Source: Sodalis sp. (in: enterobacteria) (GTDB lineage: Bacteria; Pseudomonadota; Gammaproteobacteria; Enterobacterales; Enterobacteriaceae). From it: a stretch of 64,000 bases of DNA. Both the position numbers and the translations under genes were made by a program. The notes below the pieces were generated by a model. It did no database searches. It saw nothing but the letters and a program-made list of their open reading frames with translations, and was not told the origin of the DNA. Positions 34,215 through 45,103 of the stretch are shown one piece after another; position 1 is the first letter of the stretch, and each line of letters opens with the position of its first letter. Location of the stretch: positions 1,159,958-1,223,957 of the forward strand of contig CP180022.1 in assembly GCA_047528285.1 (NCBI GenBank), read 5' to 3'.

Positions 34215-34638
34215 ATGTCTTGGGTGCTTGAGGTTGTAAGCTTTTTAGGAAAAACTGAATGTATTTATAGCCGCTAGTCAAGGCTATATATAGATAATAA
34301 CAAAGACATTACTGTTGATGATTCTTCTGATATTACTCATTAGGGCGTATACCATTTAGACATTATTAGCGTCTCCTATAGCCTTGAAGTTTTATCACGG
34401 AACCTAGAAAATCTACCATTTATCATTAAATATTTTACTCAATTATTATTCGTAGCGATGTCAGTATGAAGTTTCGCATCATGCTTCAAATTTATCTTAA
34501 ATGGCGAATATTATTTACTTGATCTAGGAAAGGATGATTGTCCTAGGAAAGGATGATCGTCGTAACGGTGGATGGGTTGATATGAAGTTCTTGCTTTGAA
34601 AAAAATCCAGAAAGCGATATCTGTTATCCCACTTTTAA
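34215..34638 (+). pseudogene. rimP: ribosome maturation factor RimP, inactivated
   Basis: Fragments are collinear with E. coli RimP. DITVDDSSDITH*GVYHLDIISVSYSLEVLSRNLENLPFIIKYFT matches [60 protein letters not shown] matches GEMITVTVEG. The terminal FLL*KKSRKRYLLSHF* matches VFALSNIQKANLVPHF*. There is an in-frame TAG at 34341-34343, several frame changes and a 19-bp tandem duplication. The remnant stop lies 21 nt before the nusA ATG. Confidence 0.85.
34524..34561 (+). repeat. 19-bp direct tandem duplication inside rimP remnant
   Basis: CTAGGAAAGGATGATTGTC (34524-34542) is followed immediately by CTAGGAAAGGATGATCGTC (34543-34561), 18/19 identical. The length is not a multiple of 3, so it shifts the frame. 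Confidence 0.95.
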
Positions 34639-34659
34639 CGTTTTACTGAGGCAACTAGG

Positions 34660-36147
34660 ATGAATAAAGAAATTCTGGCTGTTGTTGAAGCAGTGTCTAA
34701 TGAGAAATCTGTGCCGCGGGAAAAGATTTTCGATGCCCTAGAGATGGCCTTGGCTACTGCAACGAAAAAAAAATACGAACAGGAAATTGAAGTTCGTGTC
34801 AGCATTGATCGCAAATCAGGAGATTTTAATACCTTTCGCCGATGGCTTATTGTGGACGAAGTTACTCACCCTACTCGAGAAATTACACTGGATGCGGCAC
34901 AGTTTGATGATCCTCAGGCGCCACTTAACGGCTATATTGAAGATAAAATTGAATCTGTTGTGTTTGATCGAATTACCACTCAAACTGCCAAACAGGTAAT
35001 CGTTCAGAAAGTACGGGAAGCTGAGCGAGCGATGGTGGTTAATCAGTTCCATGGTCAGGAAGGTAAGATTGTTACCGGTGTGGTGAAAAAAGTTAACCGG
35101 GACAGCATTAACCTTGACTTAGGTAGTAATGCTGAAGCAATAATCAGCCGAGAGGATATGTTACCGCGAGAAAATTTTCGATCTGGAGATCGTATCCGCG
35201 GTGTGTTGTATGCGGTGCGACCGGAAGCGCGTGGTGCTCAGCTATTTGTTAGTCGCTCTAGAGTAGAGATGCTCGTTGAGTTATTCCGCATTGAAGTACC
35301 AGAAATCGGAGAAGAAATCATTGAAATCAAGGTCGCTGCTCGCGATCCCGGTTCCCGGGCAAAAATTGCCGTGAAGACCAACGACAAACGCATTGATCCA
35401 GTCGGTGCTTGCGTCGGGATGCGCGGTGCGCGCGTCCAAGCTGTTTCCAGCGAATTGAGTGGTGAACGCGTCGATATTGTTCTGTGGGATGATAACCCGG
35501 CACAGTTCGTTATTAACGCTATGGCACCCGCAGACGTCGCCTCTATCGTGGTAGATGAAGATAAGCATACAATGGATCTTGCGGTAGAAGCGGGTAGTCT
35601 TGCTCAGGCTATTGGCCGAAACGGACAAAACGTCCGTTTGGCTTCCCAGCTCAGCGGCTGGGAGCTGAATGTAATGACGGTAGAAGATTTGCAGGAAAAA
35701 CATCAAGCTGAAGCCCATGAGGTTATCGATATTTTTACCCGAAATTTAGATATTAATGAAGAGTTTGCCACGATCTTGGTGGAGGCAGGTTTCTCCTCCC
35801 TAGAAGAATTGGCCTATGTACCAATAAATGAACTGCTTGAAATTGAAGAGCTTGATAAAAATATGGTGGTAGCGCTGCGCGAACAGGCGAAGAATGCACT
35901 GAGAACGCTTATCCTGGCGCAAGAAAAAAATTGCGATGCTGGCGCACCGGCTGAAGATCTATTGAGTTTGCCTGAACTTGAGCGCGAAATGGCGTTCAAG
36001 CTGGCATCGCGTGGTGTTTTCACGTTGGAAGATCTGGCCGATCAGGGTGTCGACGACCTGTCAGATATTGAAGGGCTAAGTAGTAAAAAAGCCGGCGAAC
36101 TGATTATGGCCGCGCGTAATATTTGCTGGTTTGGCGACAACGAGTAA
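34660..36147 (+). CDS. nusA: transcription termination/antitermination factor NusA
   Basis: [62 protein letters not shown]... It is 495 aa, as in E. coli NusA. Confidence 0.97.
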   Translation: MNKEILAVVEAVSNEKSVPREKIFDALEMALATATKKKYEQEIEVRVSIDRKSGDFNTFRRWLIVDEVTHPTREITLDAAQFDDPQAPLNGYIEDKIESVVFDRITTQTAKQVIVQKVREAERAMVVNQFHGQEGKIVTGVVKKVNRDSINLDLGSNAEAIISREDMLPRENFRSGDRIRGVLYAVRPEARGAQLFVSRSRVEMLVELFRIEVPEIGEEIIEIKVAARDPGSRAKIAVKTNDKRIDPVGACVGMRGARVQAVSSELSGERVDIVLWDDNPAQFVINAMAPADVASIVVDEDKHTMDLAVEAGSLAQAIGRNGQNVRLASQLSGWELNVMTVEDLQEKHQAEAHEVIDIFTRNLDINEEFATILVEAGFSSLEELAYVPINELLEIEELDKNMVVALREQAKNALRTLILAQEKNCDAGAPAEDLLSLPELEREMAFKLASRGVFTLEDLADQGVDDLSDIEGLSSKKAGELIMAARNICWFGDNE

Positions 36148-36172
36148 TAAACTGTAGCAGGAAAGGAACAGT

Positions 36173-38863
36173 ATGACAGATGTAACCGTAAAATTGCTCG
36201 CCGCAGAACTACAGACTTCGGTCAATCGCCTAATACAGCAATTTGCTGATGCGGGTATTGATAAAATCGCAGTCGATTCTGTGACCAGGCAGGAAAAAGA
36301 AATCTTACTGGCGCACTTGAACCGCAATCGTGTCTCAGCGCTTAATAAATTAACTTTGCAGCGCAAAACGCGCAGCACTTTGAATATTCCAAGTATCGGC
36401 GGTAAAAGTAAATCAGTGAAAATTGAAGTAAGAAAAAAACGTACTTATGTGCAACGTGATTCACTGGCGTTAGATCACCCTCAATCGGAAGTACAGCAGG
36501 CTAGATATGAAACGGAAGAATTGCATTTGCAGCAGGATCAGCGTCAAGTTGGCAAAAAAATAAAACGCACGGTTAAAGATATAGCTAAGTGTTATGTTTC
36601 TGAAAAAGTGAAGCATACGGTAGTGAAAACTGATAAGTTGACTGAGAAGCAGATCAATACAATGACCAAGTCACTTCAGGCAGATAAAAAAGCGCGCCGT
36701 GAAGTCGAAGAAGCAGCGTTGAGACGTAAAGCGGAAGAAGAAATGCGTCGTAAGGTTGAAGAAAAAGCTCTCCAGATTGCTGAAGAAGCGCGACGTATGG
36801 CTGAAGAGTGTGGCAGTACTTGGGATAACGTGCTTGAGCCAATAGAAGAAGATACTACCGATTATCACGTCACAACCTTTCATCATGCCCAAGAAGCTGA
36901 AGATGAGAATGATCGTAAAGTGGAAGGGGATCGTCGTAGCAACCGTCCTCGGGGTGGAAAATCAACCAAACAAAAGAAGAATAGTCGTCTATCTGAATCC
37001 AAGGCTGCTCGAGAAGAAGCACGAGTCGTGAGTCGTAGTGGCAAAAGCAAACGTAAAACAAGCATGCTAATGCAGAGTTTTAATAAACCAGCACATGCAG
37101 TAAACCGTGACGTGGTTATCAGTGAAACCATCACTGTGGCTGAGCTAGCCAACAAAATGGCGGTTAAAGGATCACAAGTAATTAAAGCAATGATGAATTT
37201 GGGTGCTATGGTTACTATCAATCAGGTAATCGATCAGGAAAATGCGCAATTGGTAGCAAAAGAAATGGGTCATAAGGTGATTTTGCGCCGTGAAAACGAG
37301 CTAGAAAAGTCGGTAATGTCCGATCGTGATACCGGCAGTTCTACCAGCGCTGAATCGCGTGCACCGGTGGTGACTATCATGGGGCACGTTGATCACGGTA
37401 AAACTTCTTTGCTGGATTATATTCGTTCTACGAAGGTAGCAGCAGGAGAAGCGGGAGGTATTACCCAGCATATTGGAGCCTATCATGTAGAAACAGATAA
37501 TGGCATGATAACTTTTCTCGATACCCCAGGGCATGCAGCTTTTGCTGCAATGAGGGCTCGTGGTGCACAGGCAACGGATATTGTAGTTTTGGTGGTGGCT
37601 GCCGATGATGGCGTGATGCCGCAGACTATTGAGGCGATTCAGCATGCCAAAATGGCTAAAGTACCCCTGGTAGTTGCGGTTAACAAGATCGATAAACCGG
37701 GAGCTGATTTGAATCGGGTAAAAAAGGATTTGACTCAATACGATGTTATTTCGGAAGATTGGGGTGGAAAAATCCAGTTTGTGAATGTTTCCGCTAAATC
37801 CGGCGAAGGCATTGATGAATTGCTGGAGGCCATTCTTTTGGAGGCGGAAGTTCTGGAGCTGAAGGCGATTCATAATGGTATGGCTAGCGGTGTGGTTATC
37901 GAATCTTGTTTGGATAAAGGCCGTGGCCCGGTTGCTACTGTGCTTGTGCGTGAAGGCACACTGAATCGTGGCGACATTATTCTGTGCGGGTTTGAATATG
38001 GTCGTTTGCGTGCCATGCGTGACGAAGTGGGTCGCGATATTGCCTCTGCCGGTCCGTCAATTCCAGTTGAAATCTTCGGTCTATCGGGAGTCCCAGTTGC
38101 AGGAGATGAAGCAACGGTGGTGCGTGACGAGAAAAAAGCACGTGAGGTGGCATTGTATCGTCAAGGTAAGTTTCGTGAAATCAAATTAGCTTGCCAGCAG
38201 AAGGCTAAATTAGAAAATATGTTCGCGAATATGAGCGAATGTGAAATGTCGGAATTAAATATTTTGCTAAAATCAGACGTTCAGGGTTCAGCTGAAGCCA
38301 TCAGAGCTGCGCTAGAAAATCTGTCTACTGATGAGGTAAAGGTTAGAATTGTTGGTTCCGGTGTTGGTGGAATTACCGAGACTGATGCAACCTTGGCGAC
38401 GGCTTCTAACGCCATTCTGTTAGGTTTCAACGTGCGTGCTGATGCATCTGCACGCCGGGTCATTGAAGCGGAAAATTTGGATTTGCGTTATTACTCGGTC
38501 ATCTACGATCTAATTGATGAAGTTAAACAAGCAATGAACGGAATGTTATCGCCAGAATACAAACAGGAAATCATCGGTCTAGCGGAAGTACGCAATGTAT
38601 TCTGTTCACCAAAATTTGGTGCTATTGCTGGTTGTATGGTAACGGAAGGGGTTGTTAAGCGTCACAACAAGATTCGTATTCTACGTAATAACGTGGTGAT
38701 TTATGAAGGGGAACTGGAGTCACTTAGACGTTTTAAAGATGACGTTAACGAAGTTCGTAACGGCATGGAATGCGGAATAGGTGTGAAGAATTATAACGAT
38801 GTTCGCTCAGACGATGTAATTGAAGTGTTTGAAACTATAGAGATTCAACGCGTTATTGCCTGA
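36173..38863 (+). CDS. infB: translation initiation factor IF-2
   Basis: [29 protein letters not shown]...[20 protein letters not shown]...DTPGH...NKIDK. It is 896 aa and collinear with E. coli IF2-alpha (890 aa). Confidence 0.97.
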   Translation: MTDVTVKLLAAELQTSVNRLIQQFADAGIDKIAVDSVTRQEKEILLAHLNRNRVSALNKLTLQRKTRSTLNIPSIGGKSKSVKIEVRKKRTYVQRDSLALDHPQSEVQQARYETEELHLQQDQRQVGKKIKRTVKDIAKCYVSEKVKHTVVKTDKLTEKQINTMTKSLQADKKARREVEEAALRRKAEEEMRRKVEEKALQIAEEARRMAEECGSTWDNVLEPIEEDTTDYHVTTFHHAQEAEDENDRKVEGDRRSNRPRGGKSTKQKKNSRLSESKAAREEARVVSRSGKSKRKTSMLMQSFNKPAHAVNRDVVISETITVAELANKMAVKGSQVIKAMMNLGAMVTINQVIDQENAQLVAKEMGHKVILRRENELEKSVMSDRDTGSSTSAESRAPVVTIMGHVDHGKTSLLDYIRSTKVAAGEAGGITQHIGAYHVETDNGMITFLDTPGHAAFAAMRARGAQATDIVVLVVAADDGVMPQTIEAIQHAKMAKVPLVVAVNKIDKPGADLNRVKKDLTQYDVISEDWGGKIQFVNVSAKSGEGIDELLEAILLEAEVLELKAIHNGMASGVVIESCLDKGRGPVATVLVREGTLNRGDIILCGFEYGRLRAMRDEVGRDIASAGPSIPVEIFGLSGVPVAGDEATVVRDEKKAREVALYRQGKFREIKLACQQKAKLENMFANMSECEMSELNILLKSDVQGSAEAIRAALENLSTDEVKVRIVGSGVGGITETDATLATASNAILLGFNVRADASARRVIEAENLDLRYYSVIYDLIDEVKQAMNGMLSPEYKQEIIGLAEVRNVFCSPKFGAIAGCMVTEGVVKRHNKIRILRNNVVIYEGELESLRRFKDDVNEVRNGMECGIGVKNYNDVRSDDVIEVFETIEIQRVIA

Positions 38864-38930
38864 CAATATGTTATAAATATAGCTTTATACAGAAGGTGAA
38901 CACCCTCTCCTTTTAGTCGGAGAATTCAAA

Positions 38931-39305
38931 ATGGCAAAAGAATTTAATCGAACTCAGCGCATTGCTAAGGAGATGCAAAAAGAAATTGCTATCATCCTTC
39001 AGCGCGAAATTAAAGATCCTCGCGTTGGCATGATGACGGTATCAGGTGTTGAAATATCTCGTGATTTAGCTTATGCTAAAGTTTTTGTGACTTTTTTGAA
39101 TGATAATTTTCTTGAACAGGGAACTACTTGTATACGGGTATTGCAGGCGGCAACTGGTTTAATTCGCAGCCTTCTTGGAAAAGCCATGCGTCTTCGTGTG
39201 GTGCCGAAATTAAACTTCGTTTACGATAATTCTTTGGCGGAAGGAATTCGTATATCTAATTTGGTTAGCCAAAGTTGTACAAGCAGACTGCTTGTGTCTC
39301 ACTGA
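38931..39305 (+). CDS. rbfA: ribosome-binding factor A
   Basis: [58 protein letters not shown] matches E. coli RbfA ([59 protein letters not shown]). Confidence 0.93.
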   Translation: MAKEFNRTQRIAKEMQKEIAIILQREIKDPRVGMMTVSGVEISRDLAYAKVFVTFLNDNFLEQGTTCIRVLQAATGLIRSLLGKAMRLRVVPKLNFVYDNSLAEGIRISNLVSQSCTSRLLVSH

Positions 39306-39309
39306 ATCA

Positions 39310-39935
39310 GTGAAGATAAGGGATATTCAGATTTGATATTAATATCAACCTTCGGTTGAATTAATTTCTAAGGGGGTTTTTATTAAAATTGTTTTCTGCA
39401 TAAATAATTAAACGGTAGTTTCGTGTTCATAAGGGGTGGTATAGATGTGTGGTTGGGATTTGCTAGTATATACTGAGATACTCCCTAGTTTGCCTAGACG
39501 AGGAAATAAGTTTTTTAAGAATCTTGTTTGAATTCTCGTTGTAATAAAATTAATATAGAAGCGGTGTTGTTTTCGGTGCCGAAAAAGTAGATATTGATTT
39601 TATTTATCAAGGCGGCTATATTTACGTTATTTTGATAATTCCTACTAGCCCTTTGTGTGCCGCTGTTTAAGTTTCTAGGTGCTAGAAACTACTTACTTAT
39701 CCTTATCAGGCCTATTTATATAGAGGATTTTTTAGTAATCTACGGTATAAGTAGTTATGCAATTGTAGTTTAATTTATGTATTACTGCTCTGATTAGTAT
39801 CAGAAATGATGATGTTTTTTCGGAAGTAATCCTTCATTATTTGTGTTAAAGTCAATAGCGGAAGTATTTAACTGAGCAGATATTTTTCTTGCAATCTTTA
39901 AGATTTGATAGTGTTCGGTACGGGGTACTGATAGT
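39310..39935 (+). pseudogene. truB: tRNA pseudouridine-55 synthase TruB, heavily decayed remnant
   Basis: The 712-bp gap between rbfA and rpsO lies exactly where truB (945 bp) sits in E. coli. Short collinear traces remain: DIQI... ~ DINGV at the 5' end, SLVCLDEEISFLRILFE ~ MLPICLGEATKFSQYLLD around 39490-39540, and LIVFGTGY ~ KFIGMGEI near 39905-39930. Stops are numerous and similarity is weak. Confidence 0.5.
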
Positions 39936-40017
39936 TAAATGTCAACACTCATGAAAATTTGTTAGCTGAATTAGAGATTGGCGCCAATCCAATTTACAAT
40001 CATTTTGGAGTATTTTA

Positions 40018-40287
40018 ATGTCTCTAAGTGTTGAAGCGAAAGCGAAAATTCTTTCTGATTTCGGCCGTGATATCAGAGATAGCGGTTTTACTGAAGTTCA
40101 AGTTGCTCTTTTAACCGCTCAGATCAAGAATCTACAAGGACATTTTGCGGAACATAAAAAAGATCATCATAGTCGACGCGGTCTTCTACGTATGGTTTCC
40201 CAACGTCGTAAGCTACTTAACTACCTGAAGGATAAAGATGTGACGCGTTATACTGTTCTTATCGAACGCCTAAGTTTGCGTCGTTGA
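40018..40287 (+). CDS. rpsO: 30S ribosomal protein S15
   Basis: [18 protein letters not shown]...[30 protein letters not shown]. It is 89 aa, as in E. coli S15. A TGGAG RBS is present. Confidence 0.97.
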   Translation: MSLSVEAKAKILSDFGRDIRDSGFTEVQVALLTAQIKNLQGHFAEHKKDHHSRRGLLRMVSQRRKLLNYLKDKDVTRYTVLIERLSLRR

Positions 40288-40303
40288 AGTCAGGGACGAG
40301 ACC

Positions 40304-40324
40304 GCATGCTTTTAGGAAGCATGT
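40304..40324 (+). terminator. rpsO-distal hairpin (CATGCTT-ttagg-AAGCATG)
   Basis: A 7-8 bp stem 17 nt after the rpsO stop with a short T-tract. This fits the leaky rpsO terminator that allows read-through into pnp in E. coli. Confidence 0.5.
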
Positions 40325-40847
40325 TACTGTATATAGCTTATTTATTTTTAATGTAATGGAACCACTGGGAACTATTGTTAGCTAGATTGGTTTTTTAGAA
40401 ATAGATTCAGATATGCTTGAATATTTTTATTTTTTAAATAACATAAAAATGCAGATTGTTATTTTACTTGGTTGTCACGATTCAACTATGTTGTGATTTT
40501 GAAATAATCAGGATTTGATATAACTATCATGGATACAAAATTATAAACAATACAATCATTAAAGAATAAGAGAAAATAATTGCTTATTTGAGTAATAAGC
40601 TGTTGCTGTATAAGCATAACAATTGGTTCATGTGGTTTAATCCTATATGATTTATTCGGTGTTGAAGGTTACTTTCTTTAAGTTTTCTAGATTCTTATCG
40701 CTTAAGTTAGGGGTTATTCAGAAAGTAAGTGTGTTGTTAACTGGTAAGTACTAGTTAGTACTGCCTAGATATCTATACATTTAGATGTTAGTCAACGAAG
40801 CAGGTTGTAAGTGCGCGCCCGCACACCCTTTGAAAAAGGAAATTATT

Positions 40848-42974
40848 TTGCTTAATTCGATTGTTCGCGAGTTTGAATACGGTCAGCATACTGTAACGCT
40901 AGAAACCGGTATGATGGCCCGTCAGGCGACGGCCGCAGTCATGGTAAAGATGGATGATACGGCGGTATTTGTAGCCGTTGTGGGTGCTAAACAAGCAAAA
41001 CAGGGTCAGAGTTTTTTCCCTCTGACTGTTAACTATCAGGAGCGGACTTACGCCGCCGGGCGGTTTCCTGGTGGATTTTTTCGCCGTGAAGGTCGTCCGA
41101 GTGAAAGTGAAATACTGGTTTCGCGTCTTATAGATCGTCCTATTCGTCCATTATTTCCAAAAGGGTTTTTGAATGAAGTTCAGGTTATTGCAACTGTGGT
41201 ATCGTTTAATCCTCAGATTAGCGCGGATATCGTGGGAATGATTGGTGCCTCTGCAGCACTCAGTCTGTCTGGTATTCCGTTCAGTGGCCCTATCGGTGCT
41301 GCGCGCGTTGGGTATATTAATGATCAGTATGTGTTGAATCCAACCCAAGCTGAACTGGCAGTAAGTCGGTTAGATCTGATCGTTTCTGGTACAAAGAACG
41401 AGGTGCTTATGGTGGAATCCGAAGCGCAGTTGTTAACCGAAGATCAAATGCTTGGCGCTGTGATGTATGGTCATGAACAGCAGAAAATAGTGATTGAAAA
41501 CATTAATCATTTAGTAACTGAAGTTGGTAAGCCTAAGTGGGGATGGGAGCCAGCTGAAATTAATGTCGATCTGCAGGCGCGAATCGCTGCGTTGTCAGAA
41601 TCTCGGATAGGCGATGCCTATCGTATTGCCGAAAAACCAAAGCGTCATGCTGAGATTGATAGTATAAAAGCTGAGGTAATAGAAGTCCTGATAGGAGAGG
41701 ACGAAACCTTGAATGAAACTGATCTCAAGGAGATTTTGGGAACAGTAGAAAAAAATGTAGTTCGAAGCTGTTTACTACGCGGTGAACCTCGTATTGATGG
41801 CCGTAAAAAGGATATGATTCGTAGTTTGGACCTTCGTGTTGGCATACTTCCACGGACCCACGGCTCTGCACTTTTTACTCGCGGTGAAACCCAGGCGTTA
41901 GTTACCGCCACCCTTGGTACAGAGCGTGATGCGCAGAATCTTGATGATTTAATGGGTGAACGGACAGAACGTTTTCTCTTTCATTATAATTTCCCTCCTT
42001 ACTGTGTCGGAGAAATTGGTATGGGCGGATCACCGAAGCGACGTGAAATCGGCCATGGCCGGCTGGCAAAACGTGCTGTTATGGCGGTTATGCCAACTGC
42101 ACATGAATTCCCATATACTGTTCGGGTTGTATCAGAAATCACTGAATCGAATGGTTCCTCCTCGATGGCATCTGTATGTGGCGCTTCTCTGGCGCTAATG
42201 GACGCCGGAGTACCTATCAAGGCGGCTGTTGCCGGTATTGCTATGGGTCTGGTGAAAGAAGGAGACAATTTCGTAGTGTTATCCGATATTTTAGGGGATG
42301 AAGATTATCTTGGCGATATGGATTTTAAAGTTGCCGGTAGTCGTGAAGGTATTACAGCACTTCAGATGGATATTAAAATTGAAGGAATTACTCTCGAAAT
42401 TATGCAGGTTGCGCTAAATCAAGCTAGAGGCGCACGGTTGAATATTCTTGGTGTAATGGAAAAAGCAATTAATTCTCCACGTAGCGATATTTCTGAATTC
42501 GCACCTCGTATTCATATAATTAAAATTAATCCAGATAAAATTAAGGACGTAATTGGAAAGGGAGGCTCAGTTATCCGTGCATTGACCGAGGAAACTGGAA
42601 CGATGATCGAAATTGAAGATGATGGCACTGTGAAAGTGGTGGCTAGCGATATCAAAAAAGCTCGGAATGCTATTTCCCGTATTGAAGAAATTACGGCGGA
42701 AATAGAAGTGGGGCGCATTTACCTTGGGAAGGTGATTCGTATTGTGGAATTTGGCGCTTTTGTTGGTATCGGTATCGGTAAAGAAGGCTTGGTGCATATC
42801 TCTCAAATTTCAGATAAGCGGGTAGATAAAGTTAGTGATTATTTGGAGATTGGTCAGAAAGTGTTTGTTAAGGTACTTGAAATAGACCGTCAAAATCGTG
42901 TTCGCCTAAGTATTAAGGAAAGCAGTAAGGAGAAAGCAGTAGTAGGGAGAGAGAATTCGGAAATTTTAAAATAG
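40848..42974 (+). CDS. pnp: polynucleotide phosphorylase
   Basis: (L)[32 protein letters not shown] matches E. coli PNPase [34 protein letters not shown]. coli pnp starts with UUG, and here TTG at 40848 lies 7 nt after AAAGGA. The ORF-track start at 40785 adds 21 unconserved residues. KH and S1 domains are present at the C-terminus. Confidence 0.95.
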   Translation: MLNSIVREFEYGQHTVTLETGMMARQATAAVMVKMDDTAVFVAVVGAKQAKQGQSFFPLTVNYQERTYAAGRFPGGFFRREGRPSESEILVSRLIDRPIRPLFPKGFLNEVQVIATVVSFNPQISADIVGMIGASAALSLSGIPFSGPIGAARVGYINDQYVLNPTQAELAVSRLDLIVSGTKNEVLMVESEAQLLTEDQMLGAVMYGHEQQKIVIENINHLVTEVGKPKWGWEPAEINVDLQARIAALSESRIGDAYRIAEKPKRHAEIDSIKAEVIEVLIGEDETLNETDLKEILGTVEKNVVRSCLLRGEPRIDGRKKDMIRSLDLRVGILPRTHGSALFTRGETQALVTATLGTERDAQNLDDLMGERTERFLFHYNFPPYCVGEIGMGGSPKRREIGHGRLAKRAVMAVMPTAHEFPYTVRVVSEITESNGSSSMASVCGASLALMDAGVPIKAAVAGIAMGLVKEGDNFVVLSDILGDEDYLGDMDFKVAGSREGITALQMDIKIEGITLEIMQVALNQARGARLNILGVMEKAINSPRSDISEFAPRIHIIKINPDKIKDVIGKGGSVIRALTEETGTMIEIEDDGTVKVVASDIKKARNAISRIEEITAEIEVGRIYLGKVIRIVEFGAFVGIGIGKEGLVHISQISDKRVDKVSDYLEIGQKVFVKVLEIDRQNRVRLSIKESSKEKAVVGRENSEILK

Positions 42975-44101
42975 CTCCACTTTTACTGCAAGCTTTTTTG
43001 CAATAAAATGTTTAAAGGTATATTAAGTAATTAGGCATCATTTATAATAGCTGTAAATGAATTACGTAGGATTTAGTTGAGTGGTAGTTTGAATGTTATT
43101 CATTTTTTTAAAAATCACCACAAAATTATATTTTATATTACATATTCGTAATATAAGCTATGTTTGATTATTTCTTCTGAAGAATAAATAACATTATTTA
43201 GTGAAGAAATGTACATACACCACAAAAAAGATTGATATTGACAATCAAGTCAAAATAGATTTTTTAGTAAAAACATGAGTATTAATCATAAAAAAGATGA
43301 ATTTCCAATTAAGATTGGAAGAAAGTTTACTCATCGGAGTAATAATAACTTACAAATTTTAATTTTTATGCATTCAAAATAATTAAACATATTTTTATTT
43401 TGTGATATTTTATTTTTCCTGAAATAATACCACCAGGGTATTTTCGTTTCTTGTTAGAAGAATAGAGATTCTTTACAAGGTTGTATTGTAGATAAAAGTT
43501 GTCATTTTATTAATTTAAAAATTCATATTTAAATAAAATATTCATTTATTCAAAACTCCTGTGTACTAATAAATACGATTTTTGGATAAAATAAATTAAG
43601 TGTTTTTATGTAAATGCATATCATGTTTAATATAATGATTACGAAATTTTAAGTGAAATCAGTGGTAAACGATAAGAACAGCAGATTACTTTCCATGTGT
43701 AATTAAGAAAACGTTAGATGGCTTAAGAGGTAAGAAGGTTAATTTCTGTGTCTGGATCAAATTTTACTGCTAAACCTAGAAAATGGTTTATTAGATCTCA
43801 TATGTTGTGAAACCAATCAAAGATTGATGGTTAAAATCGCATATAAATCTTTGTAGAATAAAGAGGGAGAAACAGTATTTTGTACAAAAATGGCATTTTT
43901 TCTTAAATCTTTCATCGCTAAAATCAAGTTTTTTGGAGATCACAGGAATAATATCTGGCAAAAAAATAATTTTTTCACCAGGGTATGAAATTAAAAAAAA
44001 TAAAACACTTCTTCAGCTAGTTTTTAATTAGCCATAGTATTTCTATGGCGATTGGTTTGTTGAATTCTTTTTCAGTACTTTTGATATTGCAGTGAGTCTC
44101 G

Positions 44102-45103
44102 TTAAATAATCTTTTGTGCTCGTAATTCGGTTTTTAGGTAGGCGTAATAAATTGGCGCAGCTATTAACCCTTCCAGGCCAAATGCTGCCTCGAAAATAAG
44201 CATCGCAAGCAGAAGCTCCCAGGATTTAGCATTAATTCTATTTCCGATAATTTCAGCATTAAGAAAATATTCTAGTTTATGAATTAATATGAGATACAGC
44301 ACCATTATGCCTCCCACGTTTAATGAAATAGAGAGCGCCATGATAAAAATCATGAAATTGGAAATAAGATTACCGATGATTGGTAAAAGGCCAAAAATAA
44401 AAGTCAAAATAATTAGATGTTTACCTAGAGGTAAATACACACCGAACAACGGAAAAAATATGAGTAACATCAAGGATGTTAGTAGAGTATTGACTAGGGA
44501 TACTTTTATTTGGGCAAAGACGATATTGCGGAAGGCCTGAGAGAGAAAATTAAGACGTTCTAGTAACTGTTGCGTAAAATAGGTGTTGCAGATAATCGGC
44601 TGCTTAAGCGAAATAATTGCGCCGATGATAAGGCCGATAAAAATAGTAATCAGCCCGTGAAAAAAAGACCGGCCAATATTACGAATATTAATTAAATTAG
44701 ATTGCATTAGAGCAAAGAGCTGATGTTTCAGTTCTTCTGCGCTTTTAGGAAGAAAAGAGGGGAAATAATCAGGAATTCCGTTCTTTACACCGGAAAAAAT
44801 ACGGTTGGTTTCAGCGAAAATGTCGAAATTACGTTGAATGTCTGATGTTAAAAAACTTACTAGGCTTACGATACCTAATGTTGTAGTGATTACTACAAAT
44901 GCGGCAATCAGCATCACTACTACCCAGCGGGCGCTTCCGTTACCGACTAAGCGTTCAAAGCATGGTGTTAGCGAAATGATTAACTCATATGCTAGAAACC
45001 CTGCGGTGAAGCAAGGGAACAAATGCAGCGGGATGATCGAGATGATAAAAAAAAACATTAATAGATAAGAGGCCCCCTTTATCTGCGTCTCATGTACGCT
45101 CAT
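44102..45103 (-). CDS. AI-2E/PerM (UPF0118) family inner-membrane transporter
   Basis: A 333-aa polytopic hydrophobic ORF. The C-terminal pattern LLPIIGNLIS...HKLEYFLNAEIIGNRINAKSWELLLAMLIFEAAFGLEGLIAAPI resembles the family signature (..P.IG.....Q.LE..L..P...G....L.P.......LAG..LFG..G..LA.P.). The exact orthologue was not recognised. Confidence 0.65.
   Translation of the reverse strand: MSVHETQIKGASYLLMFFFIISIIPLHLFPCFTAGFLAYELIISLTPCFERLVGNGSARWVVVMLIAAFVVITTTLGIVSLVSFLTSDIQRNFDIFAETNRIFSGVKNGIPDYFPSFLPKSAEELKHQLFALMQSNLINIRNIGRSFFHGLITIFIGLIIGAIISLKQPIICNTYFTQQLLERLNFLSQAFRNIVFAQIKVSLVNTLLTSLMLLIFFPLFGVYLPLGKHLIILTFIFGLLPIIGNLISNFMIFIMALSISLNVGGIMVLYLILIHKLEYFLNAEIIGNRINAKSWELLLAMLIFEAAFGLEGLIAAPIYYAYLKTELRAQKII

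Noticed and set aside
42975-44101. Expected nlpI/deaD remnants after pnp, and a 7-bp hairpin GCCATAG-tattt-CTATGGC at 44032-44050.
   Set aside because: I could not find any NlpI-like translation. The hairpin lacks a T-tract in the orientation of the adjacent permease gene.
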